A stretch of DNA of 64,000 nt from Lobosporangium transversale (Eukaryota): contig NW_019028989.1 in NCBI RefSeq assembly GCF_002105155.1, positions 806,001 to 870,000 of the forward strand, given 5' to 3'. Below are positions 13,668-24,644 of the stretch, one piece after another. The stretch's first letter is position 1; each line of letters starts with the position of its first letter. Below the pieces are notes generated by a model. That model was not told the origin of the DNA. It ran no database searches and worked only from the letters and a program-made list of their open reading frames with translations. A program made the position numbers and the translations under genes.

Positions 13668-14643
13668 TCATTTGTCATCAATCTTTGACATCGATTGTGG
13701 GATCTTTTTTTTCCGTACGAAAAGCGCTTCGCAATTTGGAGGTTTTTTCATCTTTTCTTTCAAGAAGATGCAGCCCCCTTTCCCTGTAATGCTATTGAAT
13801 GAAAATGCATTAAATTTCTCTTCATACTGTGAGATATCGAATAAGCATCCATATGGCTATAATCCTGTCTGCTTTTGTTCCTCTCTTGACAATCAAGAAG
13901 ATCGCCATTCTTTTTAATTTTATTTTATTTGCAGCTAGCTTGGTAAGGCTGAAAGACAATAAAGCGAAGTGCATTTTTGCATTTTCAGGATAGTAGGATT
14001 GGCGTTATAAATTTTATTAGATGTTCCACACCATTAAGGCACAGTCGACAGCAATCTGAATGAAAAAAGCAAACCACTGACCTACTTTTCGCTCAGCGCT
14101 GGTGGCAAAAAGGACAAAGGCAAAAAGAAGGCAAGGCTCTAAGCTCAGACTGACGTACATAAGCACCTCTTTCTTCTCCTTTTCTCGAGTTCCTCGCCGC
14201 ATTTTTTACAGGATGGTATTAGTACGAACTAGCTGCTTCTGGTGGTCTGTTCATGATGTTGTTCATGATGTTCCTATGTTATATGGGATGATGCTAAAGC
14301 TCAATAGTGCAACCAGTCCTGATGGACTTGCTCTACACCATGGGGTGCCCCAGATCACTTCCACATGGCACGTCCTGAGCTGTCTGCTTAGCTGCAGGCG
14401 GGCGAAGGGTCTGGTAGCTCTTTATTGGTATGGTTTATATTCTGTTTTTCATAAAACAATATCATCTCTTCTATTTATGGTTGCTCAATACATTTGTAAG
14501 GTATGGTGTCATTATCTACCGTAACTCAATGGAACAAAAGGAATGAAAAGCATGCTCATTACAATTTTTTTTAGTAGATCATCCGCCACCTTATATAAAC
14601 ATTGAGTGAAGAGCACAGTATGCACCATATAGACTCATACATA

Positions 14644-15486
14644 TCACTCTTAGTGTGCTTGTATGTCTATTAAGTTTTCTGTCTGGTTGTATAACACTAG
14701 GGACCCCCTACGCCGGAAAAAATACCTCGCATGGTTGGTGCCAGGTCTGAAAACAATAATAATGCACATACCATGCATGAAAGATAGGGTCTTTAATACT
14801 ATGACTATTGTTATGTTCAACTCATGCGGACTCTCCGGAATCAACTTGCGATCACAACTGCCACTCATGCTCTGTTGCCAAGGTCTTGAAAAGGGATACA
14901 AACCCCTTCTTCCTTACTCTCATAATCGCTCACATCCTTTCAATACTTTCTTTCGCCGTAAATGTCCATTACATCTAAATCACGCACAGGCATTTCACCA
15001 TTCACTTCAACATAGATATATGTATCACCTTGGGTATGATATGTTGGTGTAGTTCCCTCTGGTTTCCACAGGGCCAACAAACTCTATTAGCGGTGGTTAC
15101 CAACCCAGATATATCAAGGGAACGCAAGAAGACGAGGAAGCAAACGATGTGACAAACCAAGTCTTGCCGAGCTGTACAAGAAAAGATCAAGTTAGTCAAG
15201 CTCCATGGCGCGGTAGAATGAATCAACTCAGATTGCCCTCCTTTCAAGTCGAGGCTACGGCGGCGAATATTATCACTGCTATTAGACCAGTCAATAAATA
15301 GACAATACAATGGGCTCCCAAGAGGATGCTAGGGTCACGCGAAAGTCTTCATGAGTTTTTTATTTGCACAAATAAAGAAGCCAGGATAGCTCCATGACAG
15401 TTTAGTTTTCGGTCATTTATTTCGACATTAAAATGAAATTTCAAGACAATGCCCATGGATTGCTGGATTTTAGCCCATTTATAATG
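14644..15486. repeat. Left arm of ~840-bp inverted repeat (pairs with 20325-21168)
   Basis: Reverse complement of the right arm; three spurious ORFs translate identically in both arms; the few mismatches I found are in the inner ~150 bp. Confidence 0.97.
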
Positions 15487-15639
15487 AAGGGAAACTATTA
15501 ATCAGCTGATGTGCCCGTATTTAGCCTTTGCCATGGTATGCTAATTTCTAGGACATGGTTGACCAATAGGAACGAGCATGTGGAGTATGTATTGATGGGC
15601 AATGCGCGTCTTTCTTTAGAAGCATAATGAAATTTTTTT

Positions 15640-16150
15640 GAGAACTTGGCCATAAAAGATAAACCTGTTATCGTACACCAGATTTATATCGCTTCCAGCA
15701 CAGGGCCTCCCCTTGCCTCTGGCACTACTGCGCTTGGTTTGTACACTATCGTCCTTACAAATGGGTCTCATTACCGGACGAGACTATTGATCTAACAGCT
15801 GTAGACTTGTTCATAAACTTACCATCAGTTGAGGCCATATACTTGTCATCATATACAGTAGAAACACTTATCAATATCCCCTATATGGCTATCATATGTA
15901 GCCACTCGCTCATTATCGTCCTTAATCACAATGGCCTCTTTTTACATCTTGGGTTTATTATGCCCCAATTTCACATCCAAAACCTCATCGAATCCCGTCA
16001 CCGCCATTCGCATCCCTGCATCAAAAAAGAAAAAGTGGAGGAGTAATTGGGCTCACCGTACTGTACCAACCGGGTCTTGCAAAGGCGGATTTAAGCCCTC
16101 AAGGAGGTCAGGACTTGGTCATTTGTCACGGAACTTTCCACCTTTGCGAG
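15640..16150 (+). pseudogene. Degenerate Mutator/MULE-like transposase C-terminal remnant (SWIM-like plus zinc-knuckle-like)
   Basis: Broken frames read YTIVLTNGSHY.T.LLI, IICSHSLIIVL..FLHLGFIMPQF and GLGHLSRNFP, resembling the SWIM finger and C-terminal knuckle of fungal MULE proteins; several Cys are lost. Confidence 0.45.
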
Positions 16151-16199
16151 AAGCTCGGCCTCCCACATGGCACCTCGTTGGCACACGGACCATCCACTA

Positions 16200-16392
16200 G
16201 TGATATCACCTTGAGCTACAAAAACTTTGCAGGGGGGTTTGATTTAGCTCATCAGACCGTGGAGCACTTGACTGGGTAGGAAGGTTTCCTAGGGACTCAC
16301 CAATGGAAAGGCTTATCCGTAGCTTTAAAAGGAAACCATTGTCTACGGCCCCCTATTGTACACTACAACCTGCACCGCAAAGCTGCGGAGGG

Positions 16393-16423
<31 letters not shown>

Positions 16424-16617
16424 TCTATGTTATGTCTATTGACTTCTCTAGGATGGTAATTTCAATAAGAAAGACGTAGATTTGTTGTGCTTCCCATAGG
16501 ACTTGAGGTTTGCCATAAAGCCGACTTACTGTGGTTACAAGCCTTGGAAGTATTCTGTTCTGTTTGCACCCTAATATCATTTTTCTATCCGGACATAACA
16601 GAAAGTGACTAGCCACA

Positions 16618-16650
<33 letters not shown>

Positions 16651-17320
16651 CGTGCCTGCTTTAATCAGTGGATCCCAAGTGCGATTGTGCAAATTATAAG
16701 AAGTAAGTCGTATTAATCGCACTTGGCCATCTATACCGACTATTTCCAGCCTTCCTTTGTCCAATATAGGCGGGTTTCAGTGAAGTGGCACCTCGCAGTG
16801 GATAATCTCCCTCGTAATGCTCTGCTTTAGCTGGAGGACAGACTTCTTGAAGCCATCGATACCAACTTTTCTTGATAATTGGAGTAGAGATGTATGCCTT
16901 CTCCGTCGGCCCCACAAGCTGATGGCCAGTATTTAGAGTTGCGGGTTTCTCGGGCCCAAAGTGGCAGGTAAAATGCAGCTTTATTCCTCTAGAGATCATC
17001 ACGAATCAACCCCGTCTTTGGTAGTGAAACACCTCAATCCATTCCCTGGGCCCTCGACTGACCTAATTGAAGTCTCTGTCCTAAGGGAGAACAACTACCG
17101 TCTTTGCATTTTGCAATTATGCTTTACGTAGCTTAGAATTGCAGAAAGCTGTGTACGAATCTTTACCAAACTGATATTGATGCCCCGTCTTATTAAAAAT
17201 AATGAGCTTTCACCAACACTGGCATGCGAAAAGTGCCTTGCAAGGAGAGGAGGAGCTGGCATCGAATGATTAAAAACCGGCACTGTCATGGCCGCTTGGC
17301 TGTTACAAGCAAGCTTTTTA
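16200..17320 (+). other. Hairpin-dense non-coding tract inside the inverted-repeat cassette
   Basis: Stems at 16212-16218/16245-16251, 16317-16322/16343-16348, 16453-16465/16503-16516, 16530-16537/16610-16617, 16675-16686/16715-16726 (12 bp perfect) and 16724-16731/16921-16928; contains CCTTTGTCCAA. Confidence 0.4.
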
Positions 17321-17464
17321 TTTAAACCGAGCTATTTCTTTTTTACCTACTCCAGAGCTATTTCAACCATCAAATCAGTCAAGCATCCCAAAAAACGATA
17401 CAAAATTGGTCAATCAGTCCTGAGTGTGTCTAACGCCCTTATTTAGCGCTTAAGGTACTTTTAT

Positions 17465-20097
17465 TTATTGAGTTATAACCGCGTTTTCCTTGAGTGCTTC
17501 TAAAATTGCCAAAGCTGTTTCATCCCCAACTGAGTTGGATCCCAAGTCCAAATTCGTTAAAGTTGCATTGGTCTTGAGCGCTTCTGACAATGCCAGAGCT
17601 CCTTCTTTTCCAATTGAGTTGTCCCACAAGTCCAAATTCGTTAAAGTTGCATTAGTCTTGAGCGCTTCTGACAATGCCAGAGCTCCTTCTTTTCCAATTG
17701 AATTGTCCCGCAAGTTCAAAGTTGTTAAAGTTGCATTGGTCTTGAGCGCTTCTGACAATGCCAGAGCTCCTTCTTTTCCAATTGAGTTGCGCCCCAAGTT
17801 CAAAGTTGTTAAAGTTACATTGGTCTTGAGCGCTTCTGACAATGCCAGAGCTCCTTCTTCTCCAATTGAGTTGTCCCACAAGTCCAAATTCGTTAAAGTT
17901 GCATTGGCCTTGAGCGCTTCTGACAATGCCAGAGCTCCTTCTTCTCCAATTGAGTTGCCCCACAAGTTCAAAGTCGTTAAAGTTGCATTGGTCTTGAGCG
18001 CTTCCGACAATGCCTGAGCTCCTTCTTTTTCAATTGAGTTGCTCCCCAAGTTCAAATTCGTTAAAGTTGCATTGGTTTTGAGTGCTTCTAACAATGCCAG
18101 AGCTGCCAGAGCTCCTTCTTTTCCAATTGAGTTCCACTCCAAGTTCAAAGCCGTCAATGCCGTGCTAGCCTTGAGTGAATTTACGAGTCCTTGTAATCCA
18201 ATGGCTCCAGCCGATTTAGCGTTCACCTCATAGGTTAGCTTATGAAGGTGTGATGATCTTCTGGGCTGTAAACTGAGAAGCTTTATGAGATCCAGAGATA
18301 GAGTAATATGGATTGTTTTCATATTACCGAGCTCTATGATGCGAATAAGTCTTTCATATCGCGCGGATGTTAAAGGTACTTTTATGTCGGTGTTTCCTTG
18401 AGTCCGTATAAGCCCAAGTCGAAGATTCGATACATTCGACATCGCCAAAGCATTCTCAAATACTTCAAGATCGATCTCTGTCCAATCCCAACCGAATGTG
18501 ATATCCAAGTCGTAAATACATCTTGCAGTGGTTAGGGCATCGAAAAACCCTCTAGCTCTGTCTCTGGATGCCAATGTGATAACCACTTTACCAAGATGCG
18601 CGTTATATTTACCACTATTCATCTCCACTGCATTTACAAATGCTTTTTGTTCTTTTTCCTCATATATTGAACGACAGTGGGCGAGACAAACCCATTTGGC
18701 ACGGCCTGTTTCGGTCATGATCCTGTACAAATCCCCAAATTGCTTGTCTTCATCATTAGTTCGAAGGTATGTGCCAACGTTTTGAAAATCAGATCCTTCC
18801 AGTCCATCAGAGTCGTCGATTGTAGTAATATTGCTCAAGGTTGAGTCCTCCTTAGAGAGTGCTTCCATATAGTCGATTGAACAATCAATGTCGGCATCTA
18901 TCAAATCTGGGGATGGTGCCAGAGATGCAGACGAGGACATTCCTAGCTTGAGCCACTGTAAAAGGATGAACATGTGCTTTCCATACTTGCAGAAGAATTC
19001 TGTGCCGCTTGGGATCTCATACCCACCATGTTTGATGATATGGAATGGGCTCTGACTATTCTTGCTTATCATTTCAGTGTGGTCTCCACATTCACATAGA
19101 AAATGAAGACGGAACTTGTTCTTCAAGACATTCATTTGGTCCCACTTGGTGTGATCGACAGGTATAATGATAAATAGTCGGGGAGTTGAATATCCGTGAA
19201 GCTCGATATTCTGGGTGAGAATACCATCAACATGCTGTTGAAGCAAGGCAAGTTTGTCGAGGCTTTGATGCTGCACTTTGTCATCCTTCTCCTTAGCTTC
19301 CAATTGCATCCTAGCCATATTATATTGCAGTTTAAGCATCTCAATGTCTTTCTCTTTAGCCTCCAATGTCAGGTTAAGCATTTTATCTTTCAGTTTAAGC
19401 AGCTCGCTGTCCTTTTCTTTGGTTTCCAGTAGTAGATTAATCATCTTATCGTCCTTCTCTTTGGCCTCCAAGAGTAAATCCGCAACTTTCTCAAGGTTAG
19501 AGTTGACCACCTCGATTTGTGCATTGCCATGGGTAATAAGGAATGAATTGAAAGATTGAATCAAGTCTGATAATGGTAAAAGAGTATCCTGAGAGGCCTG
19601 CTTTGCCGACTTTCTCAATGTAGGCAAGTGGATGACGGTGTTATGATTGCTGTTGCTATTGCGGCTGCAGTTGGTATTGATGCTGCTGATATTGCTGGTA
19701 TTGCTGGTGTTGTTGGTGCTGATGTTGTCGCTGTTGCCTAACTGCGGCGCTTCTGTAATGACATCCAGGATCTTGTAAGGATAGAATGCAATGCATGGAG
19801 GCTCTACCCTAATAAAGTAAATCGCGTCAGATTGAATTTTTTTCGTTCGCTTTCCAAAGATAACTGATAGAGCGCACCATAATCAGTTACATACCTGTTC
19901 CCATTAGGGTCTATGAGGAATGGGATGGGAAGTTCCTCCAGCTCGAATCGCTGTGCATCTGGAAACATGTCTCGAATGTCTTGCAGACTCACATGGCAGG
20001 ATGAGTCGGCATTGCTTGCGAAGGTAGAAGCAATCCTGACACAAACTTTTTTAATAATGCCAGCCCTTCGGAATTGTTGGTATTGATGCTCCGTCAT
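17465..20097 (-). CDS. Coiled-coil plus 'LHFLCECG' domain plus RI-type LRR protein (848 aa); exons 20097-19895, 19808-17465
   Basis: One GT-AG intron joins MTEHQYQQFRR... in frame to the 720-aa ORF; EAKEKD coiled-coil repeats; eight 28-aa LRR units; no P-loop seen. Confidence 0.9.
17500..18170. repeat. 84-bp tandem repeat array (8 units) encoding the LRRs
   Basis: Near-identical 84-nt units such as GCGCTTCTGACAATGCCAGAGCTCCTTCTT; one unit has a 9-bp duplication. Confidence 0.95.
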
Positions 20098-20324
20098 GTC
20101 GGTAGAAATTCGATGGATGAGGACAGAATGAAAGGTTTCATTTCTCTTTTGTGCACCCTTTTTCTTAAAGCCCTACTGTTACTTTCTAACCACAACAATA
20201 AATGACGTGTTCCTTCTCTGGGCAAAATTGGTGAGCCACCTCCTTGTGTGCATTTTGTGGATATCACACCTTTTCCCATTCAGTTGTCGCTTTATCCCTT
20301 CGTCCGTAACAAGGGCAAATTTGC

Positions 20325-21168
20325 CATTATAAATGGGCTTAAAATTCAGCAATCCATTGGCATTGTCTTGAAATTTCATTTTAATGTCGAAATAAATGAC
20401 CGAAAACTAAATTGTCATGGAGCTATCCTGGCTTCTTTATTTGTGCAAATAAAAAACTCATGAAAACTTTCGCGTGACCCTAGCATCCTCTTGGGAGCCC
20501 ATTGTATTGTCTATTTATTGACTGGTCTAATAGCAGTGATAATATTCGCCGCCGTAGCCTCGACTTGAAAGGAGGGCAATCTGAGTTGATTCATTCTACC
20601 GCGCCATGGAGCTTGACTAACTTGATCTTTTCTTGTACAGCTCGGCAAGACTTGGTTTGTCACATCGTTTGCTTCCTCGTCTTCTTGCGTTCCCTTGATA
20701 TATCTGGGTTGGTAACCACCGCTAATAGAGTTTGTTGGCCCTGTGGAAACCAGAGGGAACTACACCAACATATCATACCCAAGGTGATACATATATCTAT
20801 GTTGAAGTGAATGGTGAAATGCCTGTGCGTGATTTAGATGTAATGGACATTTACGGCGAAAGAAAGTATTGAAAGGATGTGAGCGATTATGAGAGTAAGG
20901 AAGAAGGGGTTTGTATCCCTTTTCAAGACCTTGGCAACAGAGCATGAGTGGCAGTTGTGATCGCAAGTTGATTCCGGAGAGTCCGCATGAGTTGAACATA
21001 ACAATAGTCATAGTATTAAAGACCCTATCTTTCATGCATGGTATGTGCATTATTATTGTTTTCAGACCTGGCACCAACCATGCGAGGTATTTTTTCCGGC
21101 GTAGGGGGTCCCTAGTGTTATACAACCAGACAGAAAACTTAATAGACATACAAGCACACTAAGAGTGA
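20325..21168. repeat. Right arm of ~840-bp inverted repeat (pairs with 14644-15486)
   Basis: Ends ...CTAAGAGTGA, the reverse complement of TCACTCTTAG... at 14644. Confidence 0.97.
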
Positions 21169-21539
21169 CAAATAATTTTTTTTTTCTACGTGAGTAAACT
21201 GGAGGATACTGATCAAACAATCAAACAGCTGACGTGCTTCTTTTTTGTCTGCACATGCCTTCTTGCATCGCGAGTTTTTTTTATTGTTTCGAGAATATTT
21301 GGCGGTACATGCATGGAATGGGGCGTGGATTCCTTTTTTGTTCATCAATCACTATCAGTTGTGTGTACACGAACATGCACCAGGCTATTGAATAAATAGC
21401 TGAAGCAACTCTTTGGTTTCTGCACACGTAGAATGCATTTTGCATCGCGGCGTTTTTTTTCGTCTTCTAGGCTATTTCATTTTACTCCAAGCAATAAGCG
21501 CATGCAACTACATCACTCCTATCTCCGCCATTGATGCCG

Positions 21540-21828
21540 GGACCTGAGAGCCAACGAATATCTCTGCTATAATGCAATAGTACTTAAGCTGTTGGAGCAA
21601 AGAGCGACATCTGAACCCATTCTCTCATACAAAAGACTTTTTTTTTCTTTTGTTGTTAGTTTTGACAAGGGTGTAATCACCTGTTTCAAAACCAGCTCCT
21701 ACACACCGAGTCAAATCTGTCAATGTATTGTATTATTCATTACCCCTGTTCAAAATTATAAATCTTCTTTTATTCATTAAATTCCTCACAAAGCACAAAG
21801 CAAGGGCCAGTGCAAACAAAAGAAACTG

Positions 21829-21861
<33 letters not shown>

Positions 21862-22230
21862 TGTAACAAAGGATCGACATCGACACTGTATGCTGTATCT
21901 GGAGATGATTTTCGAATGCTCACTTTGGTATCTCAATGCTATTGTTTCTGCTATTGACTGGGACAAAACCCCAATCCAAACAAAGGAACTGAATAAAGAT
22001 TGATGTGGCCTGTGAAGCAAAGGATCGACATCACAACTATATGAGACAATGTTAAAATTCATCATCAATCCAGGATATAAAAAGGGATCATTGTCTTCCT
22101 CCTTTCCCGCTCGCTCACTCCAAAGTCCCATTCCTTTTACCACTGCCACTTGTTCCTGTATCTTCTCCTCAATATCCTTTATCTATTCACTTTGGATCTT
22201 TAAGCCATAAAAAAGCTCATCCACTTATAC
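21540..22230 (-). pseudogene. Degenerate hAT-like transposase remnant
   Basis: Broken frames give GLWSERAG...FISWIDDEF (compare hAT D.WS..., HWID..F), SIAETI and SDVALCSNSL (compare DV.TRWNS); many stops. Confidence 0.45.
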
Positions 22231-22309
22231 ATTTGCCGCTCTTTTTTTTATTTTTCATCTCTTTCATCATTTTTTCCTTTTTTCTTTCTCTTTCGCTTAG
22301 ATATTGACC

Positions 22310-24185
22310 ATGGGGCTGAAGTCCTTCTTCAAACTGGTTGCGGATCGCGGGGTTTTACCTTCGGAAACTGACGTGGGCGGTTTCTTGGCGGCAAATCCTG
22401 ACCATCCTGCCCATGTAGATCTCTTCGGTACGTTCTATTACGACATTCATCGTAGAGTCGTCCATGCAAATATGAAAAAAAAAATCCATCATTGATGTAG
22501 GAATGTCCCTGGCTATCGAGATAAAGGATCTTTTCAAAACGGACAATCTGGCTATACATATTGATGGGAGACCTTGTACTGAGATAGAAAAAGCAAGAGC
22601 AGAACGGCAAGCCATAAGACAAAAAAATATGGACGCTTTGGAGAACGATATGAGCACCTTCGAGAGAAATTCCCGGAGTGGGGTATGGACTTGTCCTCAA
22701 GTCATGAGGCGCATCCAGAAGGGTCTTTGAGAGTGTCCAGGGAAAGAATCAGCTGTCAACAGACCTTGGCTCTGTCTTCGATGGCTGTCTGTGTGCATAT
22801 GAAGCGGACCCATGCATAGAGTGCCCTAATGAGAAGAATGATAGGATCGTAATATCCCAAAATTCTGATTTTTTTGCGTACGAACGAGTCTGCATCCTAG
22901 TGCGACTCCTTCCACATCGTAGACGGAAGTTTGGGGTTTACGATGTAGACAACATTATCCAAGCACTAAGCCTGTCATCACATGTTTGAGTGTGTACAGG
23001 GAACAAAAGGGGTTTTGATACAGGCTCTCTTTTGTGACATTGGAAGTGATCGCATGGTTCATGGATATCGAGACAAAGTATCCTTGCAGTCACAAGGCAA
23101 AGATATAACTCAGTTGAAACTCAAAGGAACGATTTCTACCAAAAATCTTGTTCTGAATCTACTTGCCTATGATACAACCCAGACGAAGAGACAGCAGCAG
23201 TCTGACGTAGATGAAGAAGACGCCAGCCAAGAACTGGAGCTTTCTCAGGGATTTCTCAACACGACGTGTTCAGAGGCGGCCGGTGAAGACCTAACAGATG
23301 AAGACTACGCAAACATAAACTGGAAGAGGAGCTCCAAACTGCTTGAAAACGTTGAGCTCACATTCAACGAACCAGGGCGATGCCCATCCGCAAACACCAC
23401 AACTATTGTCGGATGTGATCCTGGTATTGTTAACGCCCTTACGTTTTCCTCACTGGACCCTCACAACCCTAACTTGCGGCAAACGGTGAAGGTGAGAAGC
23501 AGGTTCTTGTACCTTCCCGTCCTCTGGTTCAATCACCTGTTGAATAAAAGGAAGCGTGAAAAAGGAATGATTGAGGTTGAGAGCGCCATCCCTGTGTTTG
23601 GAAGGGATACAGACAGGATCAACGAATTTGGATGTGCTTCAAGAGTTCTACGAATCCAGATGGCATCTGAAAAAAAAATGGGACCTACGAAAGGCTCAAC
23701 GAGCTACGTTCGACTACGTGGTACAGCGAGTGTTGAAGATGCTTGGGATAAAGGAGTACTTGTCGTCGGCCTAGGGTCCTTTGAAAGTAGTAAAGGAGTT
23801 CCCAGCAAGCACACTGCTATAACGAGACATCTTGTCACACAGGTATGGCTTTTTTTAAAAAAGTAAGCAAAGCTGGAAAGCCATAGAATCCTTGCTAATA
23901 AACGACTGCCATTTGAAACGCTTAGGTCAAAGCACGAGGACACTTCGCTGTAGGGGCGCACGAATTTTACACCAGCGCCCGACTCTTTGCGATAGCTTTT
24001 TAGAGACGGTGTACCCTCGCTCTAAATATTGCCGGGCATGTAAGGTATTCTTCGACCGTGACGCAGTAGGGGCGGAAAACATCGCAAGAATCGGTCTTGC
24101 TCAAATTGAGAGGCAAGAGAGGCCTGCAAAGTACAAGCCCACGGAAGAGTCGCCTGCTCCGGCTGCAAAGCGCGCACGACGCTAG
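22310..24185 (+). pseudogene. PIN (XPG/FEN1-like) nuclease fused to Fanzor/TnpB RuvC; frameshifted and probably internally deleted
   Basis: PIN motifs MGLKSFF, HVDLFG, IHIDG, EAD, VISQNSD. Fanzor motifs GTIST..L.L, IVGCDPG (RuvC-I D, 23417), KKWD.RKA, VVGLGSF, HEFYTS (RuvC-II E, 23962), C..C zinc finger, DRD..GAENIA (RuvC-III). Intron 23843-23925. Confidence 0.85.
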
Positions 24186-24376
24186 ACACAAGTATTTGGG
24201 TGCCGGCACACCCACAAAAAACTTGTAAGTTCTGTTTATTTTCGTCTCCTGTATCCTCTCTACCTAATTTTTTGCCCCTGAATTTCTGGACTAACTTTAA
24301 AAACCGTACAGATCAACAGATAATTGAGTCCAATCTTTGTTGAGACGCGTTTCTAGACTATGTGGCTGAGGCCGAG
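24182..24376 (+). ncRNA. Candidate Fanzor omegaRNA (scaffold plus putative guide) with internal intron 24225-24311
   Basis: Starts at the Fanzor stop codon; closing stem CTAGACAC/GTTTCTAG with two internal hairpins; GTAAGT...GACTAAC...CAG intron signals. Confidence 0.45.
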
Positions 24377-24518
24377 TTCAAATTCCGATGGCAACTTTAA
24401 AAAGGGACGTGTCGATGCTGACTGGTTCGCTTGATATTGGTGAATTGGGTTACTGTACCACTCTGTTTGCTTTCATCATCTCATTTCACCTCCATCTTCA
24501 TCTGCTCTACTCTTCATC

Positions 24519-24591
<73 letters not shown>

Positions 24592-24644
24592 CTTTCTTTC
24601 TTTGCCCATCTTTTCTTGCTGTTTCGTACAACCTCATCTCAGCC

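Noticed and set aside
14650..15310. Duplicated short ORFs in both IR arms
   Set aside because: Overlapping, no domain features; by-products of the repeat.
16679..16726. Group II intron 5' end GTGCG
   Set aside because: It is one arm of a local hairpin; no domain V found downstream.
17490..18233. Repetitive antisense ORFs or CRISPR-like array
   Set aside because: Shadow of the 84-bp LRR coding repeat; no unique spacers.
14645..21167. Definite CACTA/EnSpm element
   Set aside because: Termini are CACTC rather than CACTA/G, there is no 2-3 bp TSD and no EnSpm transposase was seen.
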